DNA of 64,000 bases, taken from assembly GCA_977017645.1 (NCBI GenBank), contig OZ360236.1:6138001-6202000 (forward strand). The letters run 5' to 3'. The stretch comes from Torpedo marmorata (lineage: Eukaryota). The notes beneath the pieces were generated by a model. That model saw only the letters and a list, made by a program, of their open reading frames with translations, did no database searches and was not told the origin of the DNA. Positions 1 through 11,866 of this stretch are shown piece after piece (position 1 is the first letter of the stretch; each line of letters begins with the position of its first letter). A program made the translations under genes and the position numbers.

Positions 1-557
1 GTAATTCTGCCGCACCCACAGGAAAAAGGAATCTCAGGGTTGTATGTGATGTCATGTATGTACTCTGACAATAAATCTGAAATCTGAAAGGCATTTAGAC
101 ATGGAAGGAAACATTTACAGGAATATGGGCCAAAAGCAGGCAAATCGGACGAGTTGGGCCAAAGGGCATGTTTACATGTTGTGTAACTGCTTGCTTAAAT
201 TGCAATAATGTCTATCAATGAATGAGGAGGCCAGTGTTGTATGCAGTGCTCCACTTGGGAATTCCGCCTCATGCTCCACATGATTGAAGCAGCAGGTTGA
301 TGTCAGTTGCAGTTATGATGCATTTTAGTTGCTTTGGTTTGATGACCATTCCCGTAACTGGGCACTGGCTCAGCTCCATTCTTTGTTATTATAAATCTGG
401 TTTCTGTCACATTCCTGCGCATACCTTGGCTTCAATATTTACCTTATTGGAATGTTTCCAAAACTATTTAATTGTCATGCAATGTTCTTGTGTTTTTCCT
501 TCAATGGAGAACATTAGAGCATTACAGCATGTGCTGACCTCCACAATAATCTGATTT

Positions 558-735
558 AGTGTGGAACGATCTGCCAGCTGAAGTGGTGAATGCGGGCTCA
601 ATGTTAACATTTAAGAAGAATTTGGACAGGTACATGGATGGGAGAGGTATGGAGGGCTTTGGACTGGGTGCAGGTCGGCACAGACTAGAAGGGCCGAAGG
701 GGCCAGTTTCTGTGCTGTTATGTTCTATGGTTCTA
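558..735 (+). mobile_element. CR1 3' end fragment
   Basis: WNDLPAEVV..FKKNLDRYM and the GGGCCGAAGG..TTCTATG tail. Confidence 0.8.
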
Positions 736-1154
736 GTGTGGGATGAATTTAAATTCCTTGGTTTGGGATGAGTTTAAAATAGTGTTGCAGGAGTGTAAAT
801 ATCAAAAACACTGCAATTTACAATCTTCTGGCGACTTTGCTGTTCATTATGAAAAATGTAGTTTGTTTTGACTGTTAACAGCGTTTCTAGCAGAAATGAA
901 ACAATCCCTCTTGGTTTTTTTTGTCAATGAGTGCAGATTGTGCCCTAGTTTATGCCCTTTTATACGACATTCCTGTTTATCCATGTGTTTAAATGGATAC
1001 TTTGAGGGATTAGTCTTCAGAAGCAAGGGTAGCAATTCCTGCCCTTCCAAATTGGCTTTGAAAGTGGTGGTGAGCTGTCTTCTCAGACTGTGACGGTCTT
1101 GTATTCAGGAGAATTGGGGAATTCCAAGATGTTTGTGGGCTGCAATGCATGATT

Positions 1155-2302
1155 CATAGAACAAAGAACATTACAGCACAGTACAGGCCCTTCGGCCTTC
1201 GATGTTGTGCCGACCTATATATTCCTACCAAAAAAAAGTACTAAACCCTCCCTACCTCGTAACCCTCTTTTTCTTTAATCCATGTGCTTGTCTAAGAGTC
1301 TCTTAACTGCCCCTAATGTTTCAGCGCCCACCACCACCACTGGCAAGGAACCCACAACTCTGTATATTAAAAAAAAACTTGCCCCTGATGGTCTCCCCTC
1401 AACTTTCCTCCCTTCACTTTGTAGAGATGTCCCTGGGTGTTTGCTATTCCTGCCCTGGGAAAAAGAAACTGGCTGTCCACCTTATCTATGCCTCTCAGAA
1501 TCTTGTAGACCTCTATTAAGTCTCCTCTCATCCTTCTTCGCTCCAAAGAGAAAAGTCTCAGCTCTGCTAACCTTGCCTCATAAGATATTTTCCAATCCAG
1601 TCAACATCCTGGTAAATCTCCTCTGCACCCTCTCCATGGCTTCCATATCCTTTCTATAATGACTTGACCAGATCTGAACATAATACTTGAAGTGTGGTCT
1701 CAGCAGAGATTTGTAGAGTTGCAACATGACCTCTCGACTCTTGAACTCAATCTCCCTATTAATGAAGCTCAACATCCCATTGGCCTTCTTAACTATCCTA
1801 TCAACCTGCGCGACAACCTTGAGAGATGTCCCACTGTTCCTCCACACTGTTAAGTATCTGACCATTAACCCTGTACTCAGCCTTCTGGTTTGACCTTCCA
1901 AAATGCATCACCTCACACTTATCTGGATTGAACTCCATCTGCCACTTTTCTGCCCAACTCTGCATTCTGTGTTATATCCTTTTGTGACCTATGACAACCT
2001 TCAGCACTATCCACAATTCCTCCAACCTTCGTATCATCCGCAAACTGACTGACCCATCCTTCCGCTTCTTCATGTGGGTCATTTATAAAAATCACAAAGT
2101 GCAGGGGTCCCAGAACAGATCCCTGCAGAACTCCACTAGTCACTGACCTCCAGGCAGAATACTTTCCGTCCACTTCTACTACTCTGCTTTCTACATGCAA
2201 GCCAATTTTTAATCCACACAACCAAGGTTCCGTGGATCCCATGCCTCATGACTTTCTGAACGAGACTCTCATGGGGATCTTGTCAAATGCTTACTAAAAT
2301 CC
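1155..2302 (-). mobile_element. CR1 LINE fragment
   Basis: VTSGVLQGSVLGP, FADDTK, ERVQRRFTRML, and a CR1 tail. Confidence 0.9.
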
Positions 2303-3830
2303 ACTCAGATGATATCCATATTCGTGCTATATCTGTCAGGATAGCTTGATTTTGAGATGAACTTTCGGTCATGGTGTACCCTTATACTGGCTTCCCTTGA
2401 CCTGCTAGTGCTTGGTTTGGGAGGTGTCAATCTTTTGCTTTTTTTCCCCCTTAGAAATGGAAACATTTCTCCAGCAATTGCTGCAGTAGAAGTTAGAATT
2501 TTGTTATTAACACGTATCTTATGAAGACACCTGCAAATTCAATGATTCTCCAAGATTATAACAAATAACTTGCCCGTGCACGCCTGAACACTTACCGTAT
2601 TTGACGGCATATAAGACCCCCCCTTTTTTCCCCAAAAAAATTGCCCCAAAACCTCCCCCCTCCCCCCCACCCCCGGGTCTTATACGCAAAGGGCATTTTG
2701 GTGCCGCCATTTTGGGCACCGAAATACAAACGTTGTGAAGGCTTTCATCCGCAAGGTGGCGACTGGAGGAAAGCGCTCAAGCTACACTATTGCATACAAA
2801 CTAAAAGTTGTAACGTATGCTAAGGAGCACGGTAATAGAGTGGCAGCTAAAGTTTTTGGAGCGCCGCCTACAGCAAAAATGGTACTTGCATGGAGAAAGC
2901 AAGAAAAACGGCTCGAGGCTGCTAAAAAGGGTAAACGTAACCTTCATTGTCCAGCCCCACGTTGGCCACAACTTGAGGAGGAGTTAAAAATCTGGGTGAT
3001 AAATGAAAGGGAATCAGGGAAATGCGTTTCTACCAAGATAATAATGCATGAGGCCAGGAGATTAGGAGAAGAACAAAAGCATAAGGAATTTGCTGGAACA
3101 AGGTTGGTGTTAGCGGTTCATGAAATGGCACAGTTTACCAATGCGAACAAAAACATCCATTGCACAGAAAATGCCAGCGGATTATGAAGACAAAATATTA
3201 GATTTTCATAAGTTTGTAATAAATGCACGTAAAAGAACTTGTTTTGAACTGAGCCAAATAGGGAACATGGATGAAGTTCCAGTAACATTCGATGTACCAT
3301 CCAACAAAACTGTACGTGTTAAAGAAGCTAAAACCTTCGTAGTGAAAACCACCGGTCATGAAAAGACACACTATACAGTAGTTCTGGCCTGTTGTGCTGA
3401 TGGCACAAAACTGCCACCATTTGTAATATTTAGAAGAAAGACTCACGAAGCTGGAATCAAATTATGGTTGCAGAAAATATGGCAAAGGCGTCCCAGAGGA
3501 CTTAAAAAAAAAAAAAAAAAAAAAAAAAACCTGCACTTCTGGTCTGGGATCAGTATATTTCGGCGTATAGGTCGAGTCTTGAAACCCTCAAAAATCTCTC
3601 AAAAAACGGGAGTCGACTTATACGCCGGATATACTTTTGAGACCTTAAAATCAGCTCAAAAACCACTCCACGCCGATTCGGCGTATAAGTCGACCCTTGA
3701 AAACCCGATTCGGCGTATAAGTCGACCCTTGAAAACCCGATTCGGCGTATAAGTCGACCCTTGAAATACCAAAAAAAATCCCGACTGCAACAAATTTTCA
3801 TTGACATTTTTATTGAAAACAACAAGACAT

Positions 3831-4748
3831 TTAGAACCCTTCAAAATCACTTTCGCTATCATCGTCTGAGGCAAAGATCTCGGCAAGCACATCCAGGGTC
3901 TCACTGTTTAAACAGTCATCGTACAGGTCCCAGTCTGTATCTGATGAGGCGGCTTCAGCTTCGTCGTCAGTGTCCCACAATAAATCATCTTCCGTACCAT
4001 CAATTGCACAAGAGGTACCGCACTTTTTAAATGATTTTATTATAGTCTCTACTTTCACTTTGTCCCATGCCTTGAGCACGAAGTCACACAGCACATCAAG
4101 CGATGCAGCACGCATTGCCCCGTCTTTTGTAAATGATTTTTCTGCACTTGACATCCATGTATTCCACTCTTCACGCACATGGTCTTTGAATGGCTTGTTC
4201 AAGCAGACATCGAGAGGTTGCAATATAGACGTCAAACCACCTGGGATAACCGCCATGTAAGTATTATGTTGTGCTAATCTACTTTTAGTCTTCTCAGTTA
4301 AGTGGTTACGAAACATATCCCAGACCAGCAAACTCCGTTCCTTGCGTAAACCGCCTGGCCGCCTGTTCCACACATTGTCTATCCATAGTTTTACACCATT
4401 TTCATCCATCCATCCTTTTTCATGAAAATGTACAAAAATACCCGCAGGGAATTTTATTTTAGGTTTAAATTTACGTTTGAAGATTACCATGGGTCTTAAC
4501 TTTGTCCCGTCGGCCATGCACGATAACACCACGGTAAACCTGGTCCTTTCATGGCCTGTACTTCTTGTTTGCACAGTTTTCACACCTTCCCATTCCACTC
4601 TTCTATTGCCTATCATGTCAAAATTCATGGGGGTTTCGTCCATGTTTCCAATATTTGCCAATGCAAACTTGTGTTTCTGCTGGTTACGTAAAATAAACTG
4701 GTGAAAACTTATAACTTTATGATCAAGATCTTTTGGTAGTTTCTGAGC

Positions 4749-4783
<35 letters not shown>

Positions 4784-5178
4784 GGTCGTAATACCAGATT
4801 TTTCCTGTTCATGAAACGGTTGCACCAGCCTACTGTAGCTTCGAAATCATTACTGAGTTCTGGGTGTGACTTTGCCCACTTCAGTGCAAATGTTCTTATT
4901 TTATTTAGGGTGACAATGTAGCAATCTTGCCTCTGTTCACGTACCCATGCTGCGACATGATTTTCCAACTCTGGCCAACAAGTGATTCCTCTTCTCATCG
5001 AACATTGCCTTTTTGGTATTTTTCTTAAAGTATCTTCTTTCTTCCTCCATTCTCTTACCAACTTCTCATATATATCAAATTTTCTTGCAGCAGCGCAGTT
5101 GTTGGTTTTCTTGGCCATTTCTATCACTTTTAATTTAAAACTCGCCTCATACTTTCGTCGTTTCAATTGAGCCTCCAT
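3831..5178 (-). pseudogene. DD35D pogo (POGK-like) transposase with a single frameshift in an A31 run
   Basis: ATG at 5178; N-terminal HTH domains; catalytic motifs GNMDETP, VWDMFRNH and QPLDV with 35 residues between the second and third Asp. The only visible lesion is the frame change at the T-run 4752-4782. Confidence 0.9.
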
Positions 5179-5416
5179 GATAACAATCACCTCCAGCCAA
5201 CGCCCAGCAGCTCAATCAGCGCGATCGTTGTGGGTCGACCTATACGCCGGTCAACGCCCAGCAGCTTAATCATCCCGATTTTTGGGGGTCGACTTATACG
5301 CCGGTTAACGCTCAGTATCTCAGGCATCGCAATTTTTGGGGGTCGACTTATACACCGGATATACAATAAAACCAATAAAATGAGACTGAAAAAGGGGGGT
5401 CAACTTATCCGTATAT

Positions 5417-6051
5417 CCGTATATTTTGGCGTATAAGTCGACCCTTGAAACCCTCAAAAATGTCTCAAAAAACGGGGGTCGACTTATACGCCGGATATAC
5501 TTTTGAGACCTTAAAATCAGCTCAAAATCGAGTTCACGCTGATTCGGCCTATAAGTCGACCCCTGAAAACACGATTCGGCGTATAGGTCGACCCTGGAAG
5601 CGCCTCCCCACCGCCGGCGCCGCCTCTCCACGACACCTCCCCACTGCCGGGTGCCGCCATAATCTACCCAGACATTCTACAATTGTAGAGCCCGAGGTCC
5701 CCGCTCCTGCTCGGGAGAACGAGCTCCCGGCTCCTGCTCGGGAGAAAGACGTCGCCGCACCTGCATCTTCCCGGCCAGAAGCAAAGGTTTTTTTTACTTA
5801 CCGGTACTTGCTTAATTTACAGCTTTGTTACATGGCGATTGGGATGTTGTAACAAATTTTGGGTTGTTGCTGGGAGGCCCAGACAGCCTGAAAATTGGGG
5901 GTCGACTTATACGCCAGTCAATGCGCAACATCTCAGGCATCGCGATTTTTGGGGGACGACTTATACGCCGGATATACCATAAAATCATTAAAATGAGGCT
6001 GAAAAAGGGGGGTCGACTTATCTGCCGGTCGACTTATACGCCGAAATATAC

Positions 6052-6053
<2 letters not shown>
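5417..6053. mobile_element. Non-autonomous MITE of the inner pogo family
   Basis: Left ~170 bp resembles 3551-3730; right ~120 bp resembles 5315-5408 plus a complete TIR; no transposase. Confidence 0.85.
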
Positions 6054-6092
<39 letters not shown>

Positions 6093-6100
6093 TATATATA
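6054..6100. repeat. (TA)n microsatellite at the transposon target site
   Basis: Visible TA run directly after the TIR. Confidence 0.95.
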
Positions 6101-6433
6101 GCCATTTGCAGCCTTTAGATAAACAAGCCGTTTAAAAATAGCATGAGGGAACACTGGAACAAATGAATGGGAGAAAAGGACCATGCACTAACACGAACAT
6201 GAAGAGTGAAACGTCCCACCATTACACAAGTGTGTGAGAGGGTGAAGACTTCGTGGGAAACTAAGAGCTGGAATTATTGTTAAGGCTTTTAAGAAGTGTG
6301 AAATTGGTAATAACCTTGATGGCACTGAGGACGATGCATTATTTGAAGACAGTGATACCAGCAATAGTGATGATGAGTTTTTGGGCTTTGATAGTGATGA
6401 TGTTGATGATTAAAGACTTTGTTTTTTTGTTGA

Positions 6434-8182
6434 TCACAAGATAAAGGAACAGAAGTAGGCCATTCGGCCCATCGAGTCTGCTCCGCAACTCCACCCTGAG
6501 CTAACCTGTTCTCACATCTAATTCCAATTTCTGGCTTTTTCCCCATATCCCTTTATACCCTGACCAATTAGATACCTATCAATCTCCCCCTTATAATCCC
6601 CCAAAGATTGGGCCTCCACAGCTGTATGTGGCAACGAATTCCACAAATCCACGACCCTCTGGCTAAAGAAATTCCTCCTCATCTCTGTTCTAAATGGGTA
6701 CCTTCTAATTCTAAGACTGTGCCTTCTTGTCCTGGATTCGCCCTCCAAGGGAAACATCTTATTTCCATCTACTCTGTCCAATCCTTTCAGTATTCAAAAT
6801 GTTTCTATGAGATACCCTCTCATTCTTCTATACTCCAATGAATACAGTCCAAGAGTCGCTAAGAGTTAGCCCTTGCATTCCAGGAATCATCCTGGTAAAT
6901 CTTCTCTGTATTCTCTCCAACATTATTACATCCCTTCTAAGATAAGGGGCCCAAAACTGCACACAGTACTCCAAGTGAGGTCTCACCAGTGTCTCATTGG
7001 TCCTCATCAACGCCTCTTTACTCTAAAACATTATTCCTCTTGAAATGAATTCCAACATAGCATTTGCTTTCTTTACTGCCGATCCAACCTGGTGGTTAAC
7101 CTTTAGGTTATCCTGCACGAGGACCCCCAAGTCCTTTTGCACTTCCGAATTTTGAATTTTCTCCCCATCCAAATAATAATCTGCCTGTTTATTTCCTCTT
7201 CCAAAATGTACAACCGTGCATTTCTCAACATTGTATCTCATCTGCCATTTCTTTGCCCACTCTCCTAAGCTGCCCAAGTCTCTCTGCAACCTTTCGGTTT
7301 CTTCAACACTTCCTACTCCACCAATCTTGGTGTCATCTGCAAATTTAGCCACAAATCCATTCAATCCGTAATCTAAATCATACATATATATACATATACA
7401 TATATATATGTGTGTGTGTATATATGTATATATGTATATGTATAGTAAAAAGAAGCGGCCCCAACACCGACCCTTGCCGAACACCACTAGTTACCGGCAA
7501 CCAACCAGAACAGGATTCCTTTATTCCCACCCTTTGCTTCCTGCCTATCAGCCATTGCTCCACCCAATCTAATATCTTTCCTGTAATTCCATGGACTCTC
7601 ATCTTATTAAGCAGCCTCTTATGCGGCACCTTATCAAAGGCCTTTTGAAAATCCAAATACACAACATCCACAGCCTCTCCCTTGTCCATCCTACCTGAGA
7701 TTACCTCAAAAAATTCCAATAGGTTTGTCAGGCAGGATCTTCCCTTCATGAAACCATGCTGGCTTGGACCTATCATGTCATTCACCTTGAGGTATTTCAT
7801 AACCTCATCCTTGAGGATAGACTCCAATATTTTACCAACTACCGACGTCAGACTAATAGGCCTATAATTTCCTTTTTTCTGCCTCCCTTCCTTTCTTAAA
7901 CAGCGGAACTACATTTGCGACCTTCCAATCCCCTGGAACCATGCCAGAGTCTATTGATTTCTGGAAAGTCATTTCCAATCTCCAAAGCCACCACCATCAG
8001 AATCCATGGGTGTACCTCATCTGGTCTGGGAGACTTATCTATCTTTAGTCCATTCAGCTGACCAAGCACTATCTCTCTAGTAATCCTAACTGTACTTAAT
8101 TCTATTCCCTGAGTCCTCTGACTATCAGGTATATTGCTATTGTCTTCCTCAGTGAAGACTGATGCAAAATACTCATTTAGTT
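6434..8182 (-). mobile_element. CR1 LINE, 5'-truncated
   Basis: RT fragments QHGFMKGRSCLTNLLEFF, YLDFQKAFDKVPH, KFADDTK, RPHLEYCVQFW; microsatellite at 7380-7444 inside. Confidence 0.92.
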
Positions 8183-8846
8183 ATGATAGTTACTTGTTTT
8201 AATGTTCTCTTATAAAAGGTTTTCTCTTGTTAATTACAGTATTATTATTAAAATGATTTTTACCGTTGTCCTAGTTGCATGTTCTGTCCACTTTTTACCT
8301 GTAAATACTCTAAAACAAATTTTTCCTAAAATTTCCTGCTAAAATGGGGGGGGGGGGGGTGTCTTATATGCCAGTGGGTCCTATATGCCTTCAAATACGG
8401 TTCTCCCTTGGTTTTCAGCTGTTGTACGTGCCTGTACTTGTCATTTTATTTTAAAATTTATAGTTGCTTAAAGGTATTAATCTGTAAATAATCAACTTTC
8501 TTTCAGCAAAAACACAATGCTGGAGAAACTCAGCAGGTCAAACAGACTACTTTATATAGCAAAGATAAAGATGCATATCCAACATTTGTTGTTTTTAAAA
8601 AGCTTGCTTTTCGCCTTTAATTGGCCAGGTTTGACTTAGCTGGCAGTACTCATATAACCTGGCCAAAAGGTTTAGTCAAAAGAAAATCTGGATGTTATTT
8701 CAGGAGAAATGTTTACCATGTGCACTAAATTTCGTCATTCTGCCCTGTATCATAAATAATGTAACTCAAACCACATTGACTGTTTTATTGAAGAATTTGT
8801 CATGTATCTGTGTCTTCACAGCAAGGAGTGCACAATAGCTGAAATA

Positions 8847-9953
8847 CCGTATTTGACGGCATATAGGACCCCCCCCCCCCCCCATTTTTAGCGTGAGATT
8901 TCAGGAAAAATTTGTTTTAGTGTATTTACCTTCACAGCAGCAACACGTCCTCCTGCCCGCCGCACGCTGAGGCTCAGGCTGCTTCCCCCCCACCGTCCAA
9001 ATGCTAATTGATTGACAGGTGTACCGGGACCCGCGGGCGGGAAGGAGAGAAGCCAGGACAACAGGCAGGGCCCAGGCCCACCGTCGCGGGGAGCAGACAA
9101 TCGATCGCTTACTTTGAGGGGAGCGCTGGGCCTCGGTGATCAGGCTCCACGCTGAGCCTTTGGTCGACGTGCACGGCCCCCCGAACAGATTGAATGAGGC
9201 GCGGGTGGCAGTGAGCGAGCGGGCGGCCTGTTGAGCTGAGCTTGACAGGCTGCTCGCTCACTGCCACCCGCCCCCGCGCCTCATTCAATTTTCTCGATGG
9301 TTCGTGTTCGTCGAACAAAGTCAGGTCATCGAGGCCCAGCGCTCCCCTCAAAGCACTGTTGTTGAGAGCGAACGGGCGGGGAGAGCGGGCGGGTGGGGAG
9401 AGAGAACGGGCGGGGAGAGAGCGGGTGAGAGTGAGTGGGCGGGCGGGGAGAGAGCGGGCGAGTGCGAGCGGGCGGCGAGAGAGCGGATGAGAGTGAGTGG
9501 GCGGGCGGCGAGTGAGTGGGCGGGTGGGGAGAGAGCGGGTGAGAGTGAGTGGGCGGGCGGGGAGAGAGCGGGTGAGAGTGAGTGGGCGGGCGGGGAAAGA
9601 GCGGGGGAGAGCGAACGGGTGGAGAGAGAGCGGGTGAGAGTGAGTGGGCGAGTGGGTGGGGAGAGCGAACAGGCGGGGAGGGAGCGGGCGTGAGCGAGCG
9701 GGTGGGGAGAGCGAACTGGAGGGAGAGAGCGAGCCTTCTTACCGGGGGAAGGGAGCTGCGGCGGAGGCGAGTCCGGAAAGCATGAGCCACCCAAGGGAAG
9801 ATGGTCCGCAAAGCTGCGGTCCCGCTTCCTGGACTCCACTCGGCGCCCAAAATGGCAGCACCAAAAGGTCACCTTCGCGTATAAGACCCGGGGTGGTTTT
9901 TGAGGCGATTTTTTTGGTTAAAAAAGGGGGGTCTTATATGCTGTCAAATACGG
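8847..9953. mobile_element. Non-autonomous element of the outer pogo family
   Basis: TA-CCGTATTTGACGGCATATAGGAC ... GTCTTATATGCTGTCAAATACGG-TA. Its ends are reverse complements of 8300-8400 and 2595-2720; GC-rich non-coding interior. Confidence 0.92.
9365..9730 (+). repeat. G-rich minisatellite, ~34-bp unit GAGAGAGCGGGTGAGAGTGAGTGGGCGGGCGGGG
   Basis: Tandem imperfect copies visible in the sequence. Confidence 0.9.
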
Positions 9954-10805
9954 TAGTTTACACTGCTTGGTGCAATGATTGAATTGATTAAAATGTAACC
10001 TTCATGTGGACAGTTTTGTTGGTATTTTAGTAGACTCTCTCTTGGTTTACCCTCATCTGATGCAAAATGTATTTGTACATGAAACAACATGTTTGCGTAC
10101 ACATTCTGTCATATTCAGGAATTCATTTGTGTAATGTAAAGGGAATTTCTATTATAATATGGTTTTGTACTCTCCAACTTGCCATTGGAGGAACTATAAT
10201 GTTTTTACTATAATTACAGTCTGAGGAGTTGGGATGTGTGTGACCACTGGAATTTTTCTATTTTGATCATAAATCACAGTGGTGAATATAAATGGGGGGG
10301 GGGGCAGAATTATCTGTGCTCTGTGGCCCAACTATTCCCCTTCCCTTGTACCCTCACCTAGACTTGCCAGCTCTCTAGGGTTGTCTTGAAATCTCCAGGG
10401 ATTGAAACAAACCTAGCAGAAAGATCATGTGGGTTAGTTTTTAAACTAGTTTTTTTTCTATGGACATGCTTTTGTTTTGGTGAAAATCAGTTGGGTAGAA
10501 GGTCGTTTGGTTGATTAAAGGGTGCCTAAAGATGGCATTCTATCTGATTTGGTCTTGCCTACAGATTATGTGGTACCATAACAGTTGGATCCATAAAATA
10601 AAAGTTATGGTTTCACTGCTGCAAAGATAAACAGTGAGAGAAAGGACATCCCAGAGGTCTTTATTGATATAATCATTCAAAGTGCACATCTCGTGAATCT
10701 CCAGTTTTATTTCTGTCCAGTTGCACGTACATCTTGCATGCATGTGTTTTCAAGTCCTGCTCAGAGCACGTGTTCATATGAAATATGCCTTTTCCTGTTC
10801 TTTAG

Positions 10806-10954
10806 TTGCTGAACCGTGTATTTAATATAATGCGAGAAAAAAATCCTGATATGGTGGCTGGAGAGAAGAGAAAATTTGTTATGAAACCACCTCAGGTGGT
10901 CAGAGTGGGAACCAAGAAGACGTCATTTGTGAATTTCACAGATATCTGCAAACT
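10806..10954 (+). CDS. EIF2S2: EIF2S2 (eIF2-beta) internal coding exon, 149 bp
   Basis: tttag| acceptor and |gtaagt donor; translates [49 protein letters not shown](L), matching vertebrate eIF2-beta. Upstream exons were not found in the window. Confidence 0.97.
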
Positions 10955-11088
10955 GTAAGTTCTTGGCACAACCTACTTGTCATAGATTTCCATTCCCCTT
11001 TTCATCTGAAAGATTGGTTTTAATCAGCATGTTCATTTTAATTTGATGGAAATGGCGAATGTATTGCGAAGAACTGAAGCTTTAGGAA

Positions 11089-11320
11089 GGGCGGCATGGT
11101 TAGCGTAGCGGTTAGCACAATGCTGTTACAGCGCCAGCGACCCGGTACTGTCTGTCAGGAGTTTGTACATTCTCCCTGTGTCTGCGTGGGTTTCCTCCGG
11201 GTGCTCCAGTTTCCTCCCACCCTTCAAAATGTACGGGGATTAAAGGTCAATTGGGTGTAATTGGGCGGCACGGTTTCGTGGGCTGGAAGGGCCTGGCTGT
11301 ATGTCTAAATTTAAAAAAAA
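11089..11320 (+). mobile_element. tRNA-derived V-SINE (HE1-like)
   Basis: tRNA-like head, V-domain GTTTGTACATTCTCCCTGTGTCTGCGTGGGTTTCCTCCGGGTGCTCC, and CR1-like tail. Confidence 0.8.
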
Positions 11321-11866
11321 ATTAATAAAATATTTAAAATTTTTTAATTTAAAAATGTAATTCAGCCACAACTCCTCCACCCCCCTACCCCCTCCCACTG
11401 CAATGAAAATAAACAAAGGTGTATTCATTGAAAAGGTTTTTCACTTCCACCTTGTTCTTTTCTAGTATAAATTTGTTACCTAGAATCCAAAAAGAGAATT
11501 TAAAAGAAGCTGCTTTAGTTTGAAAGTGGTGAAAATATGGAACCAAAGCGAAATGGTTGGGATGACCACATGGGTGCTTTCAAGGAAATACGGAAGAGAA
11601 GGAGATAGAAGTTTCTGCTGATGAGTTAGATGGGGAGAGATAGGATCCTGAACTCGGTGTAAAGTGTCACCTTCTGCCTTACATCCCTCTCCTCACATGT
11701 GAAAGTTTATAAATATTTGCATTGCCTATTTTGATGTTGCTTGTAAGTTTTCTTTTATTCATCATTCTTTCTCTCTATCCCCTTACTGAACTTTGATTGC
11801 TCTCACTGTTATGAAATTTCCTTTTTCCTATTTGTGATTTGTGCAAGTCCAAGTCTGAGTTTGGCG

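Larger units (their letters stand above)
3551..6053 (-). mobile_element. Inner pogo/Passer-like transposon with a tandem MITE of the same family
   Basis: Ends C(A/C)GTATATTTCGGCGTATA and TATACGCCGAAATATACGG followed by (TA)n; many GGCGTATAAGTCGAC subterminal repeats; transposase on the minus strand. Confidence 0.9.
2595..8400 (+). mobile_element. Pogo-superfamily (Passer-like) DNA transposon, degenerate outer element
   Basis: TIR CCGTATTTGACGGCATATAAGAC after TA, with the inverse ..CTATATGCCTTCAAATACGG ending at 8400. Broken transposase at ~2750-3550 (HTH, GNMDEVP, LVWDQ) resumes at 6101-6413 (LQPLD..KPFK, acidic tail). Interrupted by a second pogo element and a CR1. Confidence 0.88.

Noticed and set aside
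3673-3765. Regular ~32-bp repeats resembling a CRISPR array
   Set aside because: No unique spacers, eukaryotic context, and they are transposon subterminal repeats.
9242-9982. Overlapping repetitive ORFs on both strands
   Set aside because: Translations of the G-rich minisatellite.
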